64,000 nt of DNA from Burkholderiales bacterium (GTDB lineage: Bacteria > Pseudomonadota > Gammaproteobacteria > Burkholderiales > Ga0077523), in NCBI GenBank assembly GCA_022843925.1, contig JALHMS010000017.1:53674-117673 (forward strand). The letters are read 5' to 3'. This document shows, piece after piece, positions 53,275 to 62,296 of the stretch. The translations under genes were made by a program, and so were the position numbers. Below the pieces are notes generated by a model that worked only from the letters and a program-made list of their open reading frames with translations, ran no database searches and was not told where the DNA came from. Each line of letters begins with the position of its first letter. Position 1 is the first letter of the stretch.

Positions 53275-53814
53275 TCACTCCTGCAGCACCGACGCGTCCG
53301 CGCCCAGAGCGCTCAGCCGCGCCCGGTAGACCGCCAGCAACTCGCGGATCTCGCCCTGCTCGCCGGCCGGGAACAGGCCGATGTGGTCGATCACCGGCCG
53401 CAACGTTGCCGTCCCTTCAGGCCACCGGTTGAGCGCCGCGAGCGAGCGCGCCAGCTCGACGCGTCGGCGACTGACGGCGATCGGATCCGTGATCCGGGCA
53501 TCCGCCGCGAGGTCGAGCGATTCGGTCAGTGCCTTGGCGGCCTCCCCGAAGCGTGCCCCCCGGCGGTAGAAGACGCCGAGCTGGTAGAGCGCCTCCGACT
53601 GCTCGGCCTTGCCCATCGAAGTGCGGGCGCGATGCAGCGCCGAAAGATAGTAGGCCTCGGCATTGGTGCCGCTGCCGTCGGCCTCGGCCTGGACCGCCGC
53701 TTTCCGGTACTGCTCGAAGATCGCGTTGTCGGAGCTGCAACCCGCCACGAGCGTGGCGACGAGCATCCGGCAGGCCTGCTGCAGCAGGGCATGACGTGGC
53801 GGAACGACATTCAT
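53275..53814 (-). CDS. TPR-like lipoprotein
   Basis: Lipobox VAGC; helical ALYQLG..Y...F.EA...L pattern. Confidence 0.7.
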   Translation of the reverse strand: MNVVPPRHALLQQACRMLVATLVAGCSSDNAIFEQYRKAAVQAEADGSGTNAEAYYLSALHRARTSMGKAEQSEALYQLGVFYRRGARFGEAAKALTESLDLAADARITDPIAVSRRRVELARSLAALNRWPEGTATLRPVIDHIGLFPAGEQGEIRELLAVYRARLSALGADASVLQE

Positions 53815-53949
53815 GCGTGAACCTCGTGGATGGGGCGCCGCGATCCGGCACCGATCGACCGTGGCGAGTGTACCGACGCACACCAGATGCCGCGATGTCC
53901 TGCGACCGGGCGGGATAGAATCGACCGAGATACCCACCCGGACCCTGCC

Positions 53950-54486
53950 GTGAAGCTGGAACGCATCCGCATCGAGTTCGACATGGAGCAGGACCGTCTG
54001 CTCATGTTCATCCTGATCCACGGCGCCGCCGAGGTGCGGCTCTGGCTCACGCGGCGTTGCGTGAAGCGCTTCTGGATCGCCATGCAGAAGATGGCGGAAT
54101 GGAAGCCCGAGATCCAGCGTCAGCCCACCCCCGAAGCCCGGACGGCCGTTCTGCAGTTCGAGCACGAGAAGGCCCTGCGCGAGGTGAAGTTCTCACGCCA
54201 GGAAACCGAACCGCCCGAAGTGGCACCACGGGCCCAGCCGCTGGGACCCGAACCGCTGCTCGTCACCCGGATCCAGGCCCGCCGCGAGCCCGACGGCCGC
54301 ACGCTGATCGCGCTCCTTCCGGCCGACGGGCAGGGCGCGCACCTCACCCTCAGTGAAAGCCTGTTGCATGGGCTCATGAAGCTTCTGCAGCAGGCGGTGG
54401 CGAAGGCCGAATGGGATCTCGTGCTGGAGCTGCCGCAGGTCGATCTCTCCTTTGCCGGCACGGGGGGCGCACGAACACTCAACTAG
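53950..54486 (+). CDS. Hypothetical protein
   Basis: GTG start; EQDRLL...LWLTRR...AEWDL; typical codon usage; no function assignable. Confidence 0.7.
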   Translation: MKLERIRIEFDMEQDRLLMFILIHGAAEVRLWLTRRCVKRFWIAMQKMAEWKPEIQRQPTPEARTAVLQFEHEKALREVKFSRQETEPPEVAPRAQPLGPEPLLVTRIQARREPDGRTLIALLPADGQGAHLTLSESLLHGLMKLLQQAVAKAEWDLVLELPQVDLSFAGTGGARTLN

Positions 54487-54592
54487 ACCGCATCCCGGTG
54501 CCGTGTCCCCCACGGTCCGTACGTTTCGATAATGGGTGGAGGCCAGGGCGATGAGCCGCCGCCACTCCGATGGATACCCAGGAGGAAAATCC

Positions 54593-55003
54593 ATGAAGTT
54601 TGCGGAAGCCAGCCTGAACACGCCGTGGCGCGTGCTGATCGCCACCCTCGCGGTTCTCTGTACCGTGTTCTTCTCGGGGGCGCTCCGGGCGGACGATGCT
54701 GCGGGGGATCTCGCCGTGCCGGTGGACGATCCCGCCGCGGTGGCATTGGGCAAGGAGAAGTACAGCGCGAAGTGCGGAGGCTTCTGCCATGGCAGTGGTG
54801 GCAAGGGCGCACGTGCACCCTGCATCGTCTGCGGACGCTACAAGCGCGGCGGAACGAACGCCGAACTGGTGAAGAACATCGCCGACGGCATCCCGGGGAC
54901 GCCGATGGGCGCCTTCGGAGAGGTCTATTCGCGCGACGAGATCATCGCGCTGGTGGCCTACCTGCGGTCCGAGCAGAAGCGGCGGGAGGCGGAACAGCAG
55001 TAG
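54593..55003 (+). CDS. Periplasmic class I cytochrome c with atypical CX3CH motif
   Basis: GGAGG RBS, signal peptide, G...Y...CGGFCHG.GG.G, distal I.DG..GTPMGAF, I.ALVAYLRS. Confidence 0.8.
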   Translation: MKFAEASLNTPWRVLIATLAVLCTVFFSGALRADDAAGDLAVPVDDPAAVALGKEKYSAKCGGFCHGSGGKGARAPCIVCGRYKRGGTNAELVKNIADGIPGTPMGAFGEVYSRDEIIALVAYLRSEQKRREAEQQ

Positions 55004-55035
55004 CGGTCTCGCGTACGTGACGTCGATCGCTGGTG

Positions 55036-56166
55036 TTCGTGGGTCGAGCACTAGCTCGACGCTGCGATGGCTTGGGAGCAGAGGCGAATCCAGGAACGCA
55101 GGCGTCGAGCGAAGCTCGACCCACGGGGGTGGTTCTCAGCGTCGAGGCATCCAGTCGCGAGGGCTCTTCGTGGGTCGAGCACTGCTCGACGCGGCGATGG
55201 CTTGGGAGCAGAGGCGAATCCAGGAACGCAGGCGTCGAGCGAAGCTCGACCCACGGGGGTGGTTCTCAGCGTCGAGGCATCCAGTCGCGAGGGCTCTTCG
55301 TGGGTCGAGCACTGCTCGACGCGGCGATGGCTTGGGCACTTCGGCGAATCCAGGAACGCGGGCGTCGGGCGAAGCCCGACCCACGGAGGGTGTTCTCAGC
55401 CCCGAGGCATCCAGTGGCGAGCGCCCTTCGTGGGTCGAGCAACAGCTCGACGCGGCGATGGCTTGGGCACAGCAGCGAATCCAGGAACGCGGGCGTCGAG
55501 CGGAGCTTGAGCCACGGGGGGTGTTCTCAGCCCCGAGGCATCCAGTGGCAAGGGCCCTTCGTGGGTCGAGCACTGCTCGACGCTGCGATGGTTTGGGCAC
55601 AGCAGCGAATCCAGGAACGCAGGCGTCGGGCGGAGCCCGACCCACGGGGGTTGTTCTCAGCCCCGAGGCATCCAGTGGCAAGGGCCCTTCGTGGGTCGAG
55701 CATCGCTCGACGCTGCGATGGCTTGGGCACAGCAGCGAATCCAGGAACGCAGGCGTCGGGCGGAGCCCGACCCCCGGGGGGTGTTCTCAGCCCCGAGGCA
55801 TCCAGTGGCAAGGGCCCTTCGTGGGTCGAGCATCGCTCGACGCTGCGATGGCTTGGGCACAGCAGCGAATCCAGGAACGCGGGCGTCGGGCGGAGCCCGA
55901 CCCACGGAGGGTGTTCTCAGCCCCGAGGCATCCAGTGGCGAGCGCCCTTCGTGGGTCGAGCAACAGCTCGACGCGGCGATGGCTTGGGCACAGCAGCGAA
56001 TCCAGGAACGCGGGCGTCGAGCGGAGCTCGACCCACGGGGGTGATTGTCAGCATCGAGGCATCCAGTCGCGAGGCCCCTTCGTGGGTCGAGCATCGCTCG
56101 ACGCTGCGATGGCTGGGGCGTAGCAGTGAATTCAGGAACGCGGGCGTCGAGCGGAGCTCGACCCAC
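55036..56166. repeat. Tandem array of inverted REP pairs (BIME/REPIN-like), 8 full 130-131 bp units + 1 partial
   Basis: Units start at 55036, 55167, 55297, 55427, 55558, 55688, 55818, 55948, 56079; each GTGGGTCGAGC-N3/4-GCTCGACGC ... GCGTCGRGC-N3-GCYCGACCCAC. Confidence 0.9.
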
Positions 56167-56179
56167 ATCGCCGACGAAA

Positions 56180-57412
56180 TCACATCCGCTCGTCGATCCA
56201 CTCCACCCAGTGCCTCACCGGCTGCTTCATGCCGGTCTGGATGTGCGTGAGGCACCCGATATTCGCCGTCGCGACGCCCTCGGGCCCACCGGAGGTCAGC
56301 GCCTGCACCTTGTTCGCGAGCAGTTGCTGCGACAACTCGGGTTGCAGCAGCGAATACGTGCCCGCGGAGCCGCAGCATAGGTGTCCATCCGGCACCGGCG
56401 TGAGGTCGTACCCCGCAGCGGTCAGCAGTGCTTCAGCCTTGCCGCGGATCTGCTGCCCGTGCTGGAGCGAGCAGGGCGAATGGAATGCGAGTTTGCGCCG
56501 CGGCTTGCCCGCCACCGCCTTTTCGAGCATTGCGACGAGCTTGTCGCTCTCTGCAGCAAGCACCTCGGTGAGGTCGCGCGTGGCCTTCGAGATGCGCTCG
56601 GCGCGTGGGGCGTACGTCGCGTCGTGCGCGAGATGGTGGCCGTACTCCTTCACCGTCGAGCCGCACCCGCTCGCCGTCATCACGATCGTCTCGGCGCCGC
56701 CGTCCAGCAGCGGCAGCCACGCGTCGATGTTCCGGCGCATGTGGTCGCGGCCGTCGTCCTGGTAGTTCATGTGGAAGGCGACCGCCCCGCAGCAACCGGC
56801 CTGGGGCGCCTTCACGAGCGAGATGCCGATCCGGTCGAGCACGCGGGCCGTGGCCGCATTGATGTTCGGCGAGAGGGACGGCTGCACGCAGCCTTCGAGC
56901 ACCACCATCCGACGGGCGTTCGTCGGGGCGGGCCAGGCATCGGCGCGCTGCGCTGCCGGGATCTTCTTCCGCAGCGCCTCGGGTAGCAGGCCACCGAAGG
57001 CCCGGCCCGCCGCGAGTGCCGGCGAGAAAAGGCTCGGGGACGACAGCACCGTGGACATCGCCTTGCGCTTCACGCCTTCCATCGCCGGGCGACCGACCTG
57101 GTCGTCGACGACCTTGCGGCCGATGTCCACCAGCTTCCCGTACTCGACGCCCGACGGGCACGTGGTCTCGCACGACCGACAGGTCAGGCAGCGGTCGAGA
57201 TGCAGTTGCGTGGACTCCGTGGCGGGCGAGCCTTCGAGCACCTGCTTGATGAGGTAGATGCGGCCGCGCGGGCCGTCGAGTTCGTCGCCCAGCAACTGAT
57301 ACGTGGGGCAGGTGGCGGTGCAGAAGCCGCAGTGCACGCAGCGGCGCAGGATGGCCTCGGCCTCCTGGCCCTCGGGCGTGTCCTTGATGAAATCGGCGAG
57401 GTGGGTTTCCAT
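56180..57412 (-). CDS. glcF: Glycolate oxidase Fe-S subunit
   Basis: CVHCGFCTATCP, CLTCRSCETTCP, two CCG domains. Confidence 0.95.
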   Translation of the reverse strand: METHLADFIKDTPEGQEAEAILRRCVHCGFCTATCPTYQLLGDELDGPRGRIYLIKQVLEGSPATESTQLHLDRCLTCRSCETTCPSGVEYGKLVDIGRKVVDDQVGRPAMEGVKRKAMSTVLSSPSLFSPALAAGRAFGGLLPEALRKKIPAAQRADAWPAPTNARRMVVLEGCVQPSLSPNINAATARVLDRIGISLVKAPQAGCCGAVAFHMNYQDDGRDHMRRNIDAWLPLLDGGAETIVMTASGCGSTVKEYGHHLAHDATYAPRAERISKATRDLTEVLAAESDKLVAMLEKAVAGKPRRKLAFHSPCSLQHGQQIRGKAEALLTAAGYDLTPVPDGHLCCGSAGTYSLLQPELSQQLLANKVQALTSGGPEGVATANIGCLTHIQTGMKQPVRHWVEWIDERM

Positions 57413-57473
57413 GATGTCCAGGCAGGGGACGCGCAGCGAGGGGCGCGCCCCGGTGTCGTTGGGGGAGGGGCGG

Positions 57474-58517
57474 TCAGAACGCCGGGTGCATGCGGCCGGG
57501 ACCGAAGACCCCGGCCGGGTCGAGCGCCTGCTTCAGCCGCTGATGCAGCGCGAGGACGCCGGGGGCAAGCTTCTGGATGCCCGCACTGCGGTCGCCACCG
57601 CGGTAGAGCGTCGCGTGGCCGCCGGCTGCCTGGGCCGCGGCATGGACCCGCTCTGCCGGAAGCGTCGCCGCCACCCAGCGCAGACTGCCGTTCCATTCGA
57701 TGGCCTGCAGGCCGAGCCCGAGCACCGGCGCAGTCGAGCGGATCGACAGCCGCCATAGCGTTGCGGGTTCCGCGAAGAACGGATGCGTCTGGTCCCGCAC
57801 TGCAGTCCAGAAGGCCGCGTCGTCGGCCATCACCTCGCCACCCATGCGTGTCTTCGCAGCGCTGACGGCGGCGCCCGCACCGGAGAGCCGCACCGCCAGC
57901 TTCCCGTCCACATGGAACGCGGCCGACAGCGGCAGCGGTTGCCCCGCCCAGCGGTTCAGCGCTTCGATCGCTGCGGACTCGTCCATGGCGAACGCGAGGG
58001 TCGTCTCGACCTCGGGCTTCGGCAGCACCTTCAGCGAAACCTCGGTGACGAGCGCGAGCGTTCCGAACGAACCGGCGACGAAGCGCGAGAGGTCGTACCC
58101 CGCAACGTTCTTCATCACCTGCCCGCCGAACGAGAGATCGCGGCCCGCGCTGTCGAGCACGCGCACGCCCAGCACATAGTCGCGGGCGGATCCGGTCGCC
58201 GCGCGGCGCGGTCCGGAGAAGCCCGATGCGACCACGCCGCCGATCGTGGACCCGGCCCCGAGCCGCGGCGGTTCGAACGCGAGCATCTGGCCGCCTTCGG
58301 CCAGCGCGGACTCGACCTCCGCGAGCGGTGTCCCGCTACGCACGGTCATCACGAGTTCCGAGGGCTCGTAGTCGACGATGCCGCGATGCCCGCGCGTGTC
58401 GAGGATGTCGCCATGGAGGCTCACGCCGTAGAAATCCTTCGTGCCGCCACCGCGGATGCGCAGCGGTCGTCCGGCCGAGGTGGCGGCGCGGATGGTGTCT
58501 CTGAACTGTTCGATCAT
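57474..58517 (-). CDS. glcE: Glycolate oxidase FAD subunit
   Basis: GGGTK, YEPSELV, FGGQVMKNVAGYD. Confidence 0.95.
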   Translation of the reverse strand: MIEQFRDTIRAATSAGRPLRIRGGGTKDFYGVSLHGDILDTRGHRGIVDYEPSELVMTVRSGTPLAEVESALAEGGQMLAFEPPRLGAGSTIGGVVASGFSGPRRAATGSARDYVLGVRVLDSAGRDLSFGGQVMKNVAGYDLSRFVAGSFGTLALVTEVSLKVLPKPEVETTLAFAMDESAAIEALNRWAGQPLPLSAAFHVDGKLAVRLSGAGAAVSAAKTRMGGEVMADDAAFWTAVRDQTHPFFAEPATLWRLSIRSTAPVLGLGLQAIEWNGSLRWVAATLPAERVHAAAQAAGGHATLYRGGDRSAGIQKLAPGVLALHQRLKQALDPAGVFGPGRMHPAF

Positions 58518-58552
58518 GAAGTGCCGAGGATGCGTGCGGTGTCGGGGCGGGC

Positions 58553-60043
58553 TCAGAAGCGCGGCAGATCGGGGAACGCTTCCTTCCCGCGGGCCACGTG
58601 CATCTGACCGTACTCGGCGCAGCGGTGCAGCGTGGGCACGGCCTTGCCGGGGTTCAGCAGCCCGTGCGTGTCGAAGGCGGCCTTCACCGAGTGGAAGGTC
58701 TCCAGTGCGTCGGGCGTGAACTGGTCGCACATCTCGCCGATCTTCTCGACGCCCACGCCGTGCTCGCCGGTGATGGTGCCGCCCGCCTCGATGCACAGCT
58801 TCAGGATGCGCGATCCGAACTTCGCGGCGTGCTCGGCCTGGCCGGGCACGTTGGCGTCGAACATGATGAGCGGGTGCAGGTTGCCGTCACCGGCGTGGAA
58901 CACGTTGGGGCAGCCGAGTCCGAACTCCTCGGAGAGCTGCGCGATGCCCTTCAGCACCTCGGCAAGCTTCCGCTTCGGGATCGTCCCGTCCATGCAGTAG
59001 TAGTCGGGCATGAGGCGGCCCACCGCGGGGAACGCCGCCTTGCGGCCGGACCAGAATCGCAGGCGTTCGGCTTCGTCCTTCGACAGGCGGATCTGCGTCG
59101 CGCCGCTCGCGCGCATGACGGCTTCCATGCGCTCGATCTCCGCGGCGACCTCTTCCGGCGTGCCGTCGGATTCGCACAGCAGGATCGCTTCGGCATCGAG
59201 CGGATAGCCCGCGTGCACGAACTGCTCGACCGCGCGGGTCGCGAGCTTGTCCATCATCTCGAGACCGGCCGGGATGATCCCGGCGCCGATGATGTTTGCC
59301 ACGGCGTTGCCAGCCTTTTCGAGGGAGTCAAACGCCGCGAGGACCACGCGCGCCAGTTGCGGCTTCGGCAGCAGCTTGACGGTGATCTCGGTGACGACAC
59401 CGAGCAGACCCTCGGAGCCCGTCATCAGCGCCATCAGGTCGTAGCCTGCGGCGTCGAGGCCTTCGCCGCCGAGTTCCAGGATCTCGCCGTCGATCGTCAC
59501 GACGCGCAGCTTCAGGATGTTGTGCACCGTGAGGCCGTACTTCAGGCAGTGCACGCCGCCGGAGTTCTCGGCGATGTTGCCGCCGATGGAACACGCGATC
59601 TGGCTCGAAGGATCCGGCGCGTAGTACAGCCCCAGGGGTGCCGCGGCCTCCGAGATCGCGAGGTTGCGCACGCCGGGCTGCACGCGTGCGGTCCGCGCCA
59701 GCGGGTCGATGTGCAGGATGCGCTTCATCTTCGAGAGGCCGAGCGTCACACCGAGCGGATTCGGCAGTGCCCCGCCCGACAAACCGGTGCCGGCACCGCG
59801 CGCCACCACCGGAACCCGCATCTCGTGGCATACCTTCAGCACTGCGGCGACCTGCGCCTCGTCCTCGGGCAGCGCCACGGCGAGCGGCACTTCGCGGAAG
59901 GCCGAGAGCCCGTCGCACTCGTACGGCTTGGTCTCCTCCGGGAGCGCGAGCAGCGACGGGGACGGCAGCACGGCGCGCAGACGCGAGATGAGCGCGTGGC
60001 TGTCCACGGCGGGAATGGCGGAGATGGCTTCTGGCTTGCCCAT
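58553..60043 (-). CDS. glcD: Glycolate oxidase subunit
   Basis: RGAGTGLSGG, APDPSSQ, HAGDGNLHP, GEHGVG. Confidence 0.95.
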   Translation of the reverse strand: MGKPEAISAIPAVDSHALISRLRAVLPSPSLLALPEETKPYECDGLSAFREVPLAVALPEDEAQVAAVLKVCHEMRVPVVARGAGTGLSGGALPNPLGVTLGLSKMKRILHIDPLARTARVQPGVRNLAISEAAAPLGLYYAPDPSSQIACSIGGNIAENSGGVHCLKYGLTVHNILKLRVVTIDGEILELGGEGLDAAGYDLMALMTGSEGLLGVVTEITVKLLPKPQLARVVLAAFDSLEKAGNAVANIIGAGIIPAGLEMMDKLATRAVEQFVHAGYPLDAEAILLCESDGTPEEVAAEIERMEAVMRASGATQIRLSKDEAERLRFWSGRKAAFPAVGRLMPDYYCMDGTIPKRKLAEVLKGIAQLSEEFGLGCPNVFHAGDGNLHPLIMFDANVPGQAEHAAKFGSRILKLCIEAGGTITGEHGVGVEKIGEMCDQFTPDALETFHSVKAAFDTHGLLNPGKAVPTLHRCAEYGQMHVARGKEAFPDLPRF

Positions 60044-60045
60044 GG

Positions 60046-61314
60046 TCAGCCCTCGATGAGAATGGCGCGGAAATCGTTGACGTTCGTGAGGGTGGGGCCG
60101 GTCACCACCGTGTCGCCGGTCGCCTCGAAGAAGCCGTGGCCGTCGTTGTTGGCGAGGCAGGCCTTGGCGTGGACACCGTTGGCGGCCGCGCGTGCGATCG
60201 TCGTGGGATCGAGCAGCGCGCCGGCGGTCTCCTCGGCACCGTCGATGCCGTCCGTGTCGCCGGCCATCGCGTGGACCCGCGGCACGCCGTCGAGGGCCAC
60301 GGCCAGGGCCAGCAGGAATTCCACGTTGCGTCCGCCGCGACCCTTCCCGCGGATCGTGACGGTCGTCTCGCCGCCGGACAGCAGCACGCAGGGCGCCTTC
60401 ACCGGCTGCCCGTGACGAAGCACCTGCCGCGCGATGCCGGCATGCACCATCGCGACCTCGCGGGATTCGCCCTCGATGGCATCGCCCAGGATGAGCGGCG
60501 TGACGCCGTTCGCCCGGGCGACGGCCGCGGCGGCTTCGAGCGCCATCTGCGGCGCGGCGATCATGTGGGTCTCGCAGTGCGACAGGCGCGGATCGCCGGG
60601 CTTCGGCGTCTCGTCGGGCGCAGCCCGCAGGTGCGCCATCACGGCGGCGGGCTCGGTGATGCCGTACTTGTCGAGCACCGCCAGCGCGTCGGCGTAGGTC
60701 GTGGCGTCCGGCACCGTCGGGCCCGAGGCGATCACGGCAGGGTCGTCGCCCGGGACATCCGAGATCGTGAGCGTCACGACCTTCGCCGGTGCCGCCGCGG
60801 CCGCGAGCCGCCCGCCTTTGATCGCGGAGAGATGCTTCCGGACGCAGTTCATCTCGGTGATGTTGGCGCCGCATTCGAGCAGGCGGCGGTTGATCGCCTG
60901 CTTGTCGTGGAGGGTGAGGCCCTCGCCGGGGAGCGCCAGCAGCGCCGAACCGCCACCGGAGATCAGGCACAGGACGAGGTCGTCAGGGGTGAGCCCCTTC
61001 ACCATGTTCAGGATCCGTTCCGCAGCCTCGCGCCCCGCGAGGTCGGGCACCGGATGCGCGGCCTCGACGATCTCGATGCTGCGGGTCGGCACGCGATGGC
61101 CGTATCGCGTCACGACGAGACCTTCGAGCGGACCGCCCGTCCAGTGGTCCTCGACAGCCTTGGCCATGGCGGCCGACGCCTTGCCGGCACCCACGACGAT
61201 CGTCCTGCCTCTGGGCGGCTTGGGAAGGAATGGCGGGACGCAGCGGTCAGGCAGCGCGGAGGCGACGGCGGCATCGAACATCTGCCGGAGGAGTTGTCGG
61301 GGAGGGAGGGCCAT
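60046..61314 (-). CDS. ttuD: Glycerate 2-kinase (TtuD/MOFRL family)
   Basis: GAGKA, LISGGGSAL, IKGGRL, GGETTV, TGPTLTNVND. Confidence 0.9.
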   Translation of the reverse strand: MALPPRQLLRQMFDAAVASALPDRCVPPFLPKPPRGRTIVVGAGKASAAMAKAVEDHWTGGPLEGLVVTRYGHRVPTRSIEIVEAAHPVPDLAGREAAERILNMVKGLTPDDLVLCLISGGGSALLALPGEGLTLHDKQAINRRLLECGANITEMNCVRKHLSAIKGGRLAAAAAPAKVVTLTISDVPGDDPAVIASGPTVPDATTYADALAVLDKYGITEPAAVMAHLRAAPDETPKPGDPRLSHCETHMIAAPQMALEAAAAVARANGVTPLILGDAIEGESREVAMVHAGIARQVLRHGQPVKAPCVLLSGGETTVTIRGKGRGGRNVEFLLALAVALDGVPRVHAMAGDTDGIDGAEETAGALLDPTTIARAAANGVHAKACLANNDGHGFFEATGDTVVTGPTLTNVNDFRAILIEG

Positions 61315-61355
61315 GGCGGGCGGGGCGTCCGGAGGCGATCGGAGGAGAGTGGAGT

Positions 61356-62273
61356 TTACTTGTCCGCAGAGGTCGCCGGCACCGTCGGACGCGCATCGGC
61401 CAGCACGGACAGCAGGATCCCCGCCAGCAGCACCCCGAACCCGACCAACTGACCGGTGCCCACGGTCTCGTCGAACAGCAGCCACGCGAGAAGGGCGGAG
61501 CCCAGCGGTTCACCCAGGATCGCCACCGCGACCACCGGCGCCGGCAGATGGCGCACCGCATAGTTGAAGGCCGTGTGCCCGACGAGCTGCGGGCCAAGCG
61601 CCAGTGCGGTCACGAATCCGAGCGCGGCGACCGAAAGGACGAGGTTCTCGCCGGCCGCGACTGCCATCGCGAGCAGCGCGACCGCCGCGACGGCGTAGAC
61701 GGTCCAGACATAGGCGAGGAGGGAGAGCCGGTCGCGCAGACGCCGTCCGAGCAGCAGGTAGATCGACGCGGCCAGCGCCCCGGCGAGCGCGAGCGCGTTG
61801 CCCACCAGCGGGGCTGGCGCGGCGCCCGAGGCCGGGCCCTGCGCGCCGAACACGAGCGCGCTGCCGGCCATGGCGAGCGCGATTCCGCCGATCATCACGT
61901 TGCCGGGCCGTTCGCGCAGCACGAGCCACGAGAGGAGGCCGACCCACACCGGGTTCGTCGTCACGAGCACCGCGCTGCTCGCCACGGACGTGTACGCGAG
62001 CGAACTGATCCACGTGGCGAAGTGCAGCGCGAGGACGACCCCGCAGGCGACGATCAGCGTGCGGTCGATGCCGGACAGCTGCGGGAGGTCGTTCCGCACC
62101 CAGCCCCAGGCGAACGGGGCGAGGACGACCGAGGCGATCGCAAGCCGCAGCGCCGCGATGGCGAGCGGCCCGGCGCCGTCCTGCATCGCGTATCGGATGA
62201 GGATGGAGGCCGATGCCACCACCAGCACGCCGATCGCGAGCACGGCGTGCGGCAGCCACGTACGACCGGCCAC
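61356..62273 (-). CDS. EamA/DMT transporter
   Basis: ALHFATWISSL.YTSVASS, GHT.FN, LGEP; GTG start approximate. Confidence 0.87.
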   Translation of the reverse strand: MAGRTWLPHAVLAIGVLVVASASILIRYAMQDGAGPLAIAALRLAIASVVLAPFAWGWVRNDLPQLSGIDRTLIVACGVVLALHFATWISSLAYTSVASSAVLVTTNPVWVGLLSWLVLRERPGNVMIGGIALAMAGSALVFGAQGPASGAAPAPLVGNALALAGALAASIYLLLGRRLRDRLSLLAYVWTVYAVAAVALLAMAVAAGENLVLSVAALGFVTALALGPQLVGHTAFNYAVRHLPAPVVAVAILGEPLGSALLAWLLFDETVGTGQLVGFGVLLAGILLSVLADARPTVPATSADK

Positions 62274-62296
62274 GGGAGCGTCCTGCCGCGAGGCTG

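Noticed and set aside
47948-53275. pqqA-like precursor peptide or lanmodulin-type EF-hand protein in the module
   Set aside because: No ExxxY PqqA-like short ORF and no EF-hand repeats found by eye, so the PQQ/lanthanide link stays inferential
53173-53820. 215-aa + strand ORF starting inside the sRNA candidate
   Set aside because: Runs through a strong terminator, is antisense to the TPR lipoprotein and has no RBS
55036-56166. CRISPR array
   Set aside because: Sequences between the palindromes are themselves conserved (no unique spacers), the period is 130-131 bp and no cas genes are present
55017-56250. 368-aa and 405-aa repetitive ORFs across the array
   Set aside because: Unit length is not a multiple of 3, so translations cycle through frames; no RBS; by-product of a stop-poor repeat
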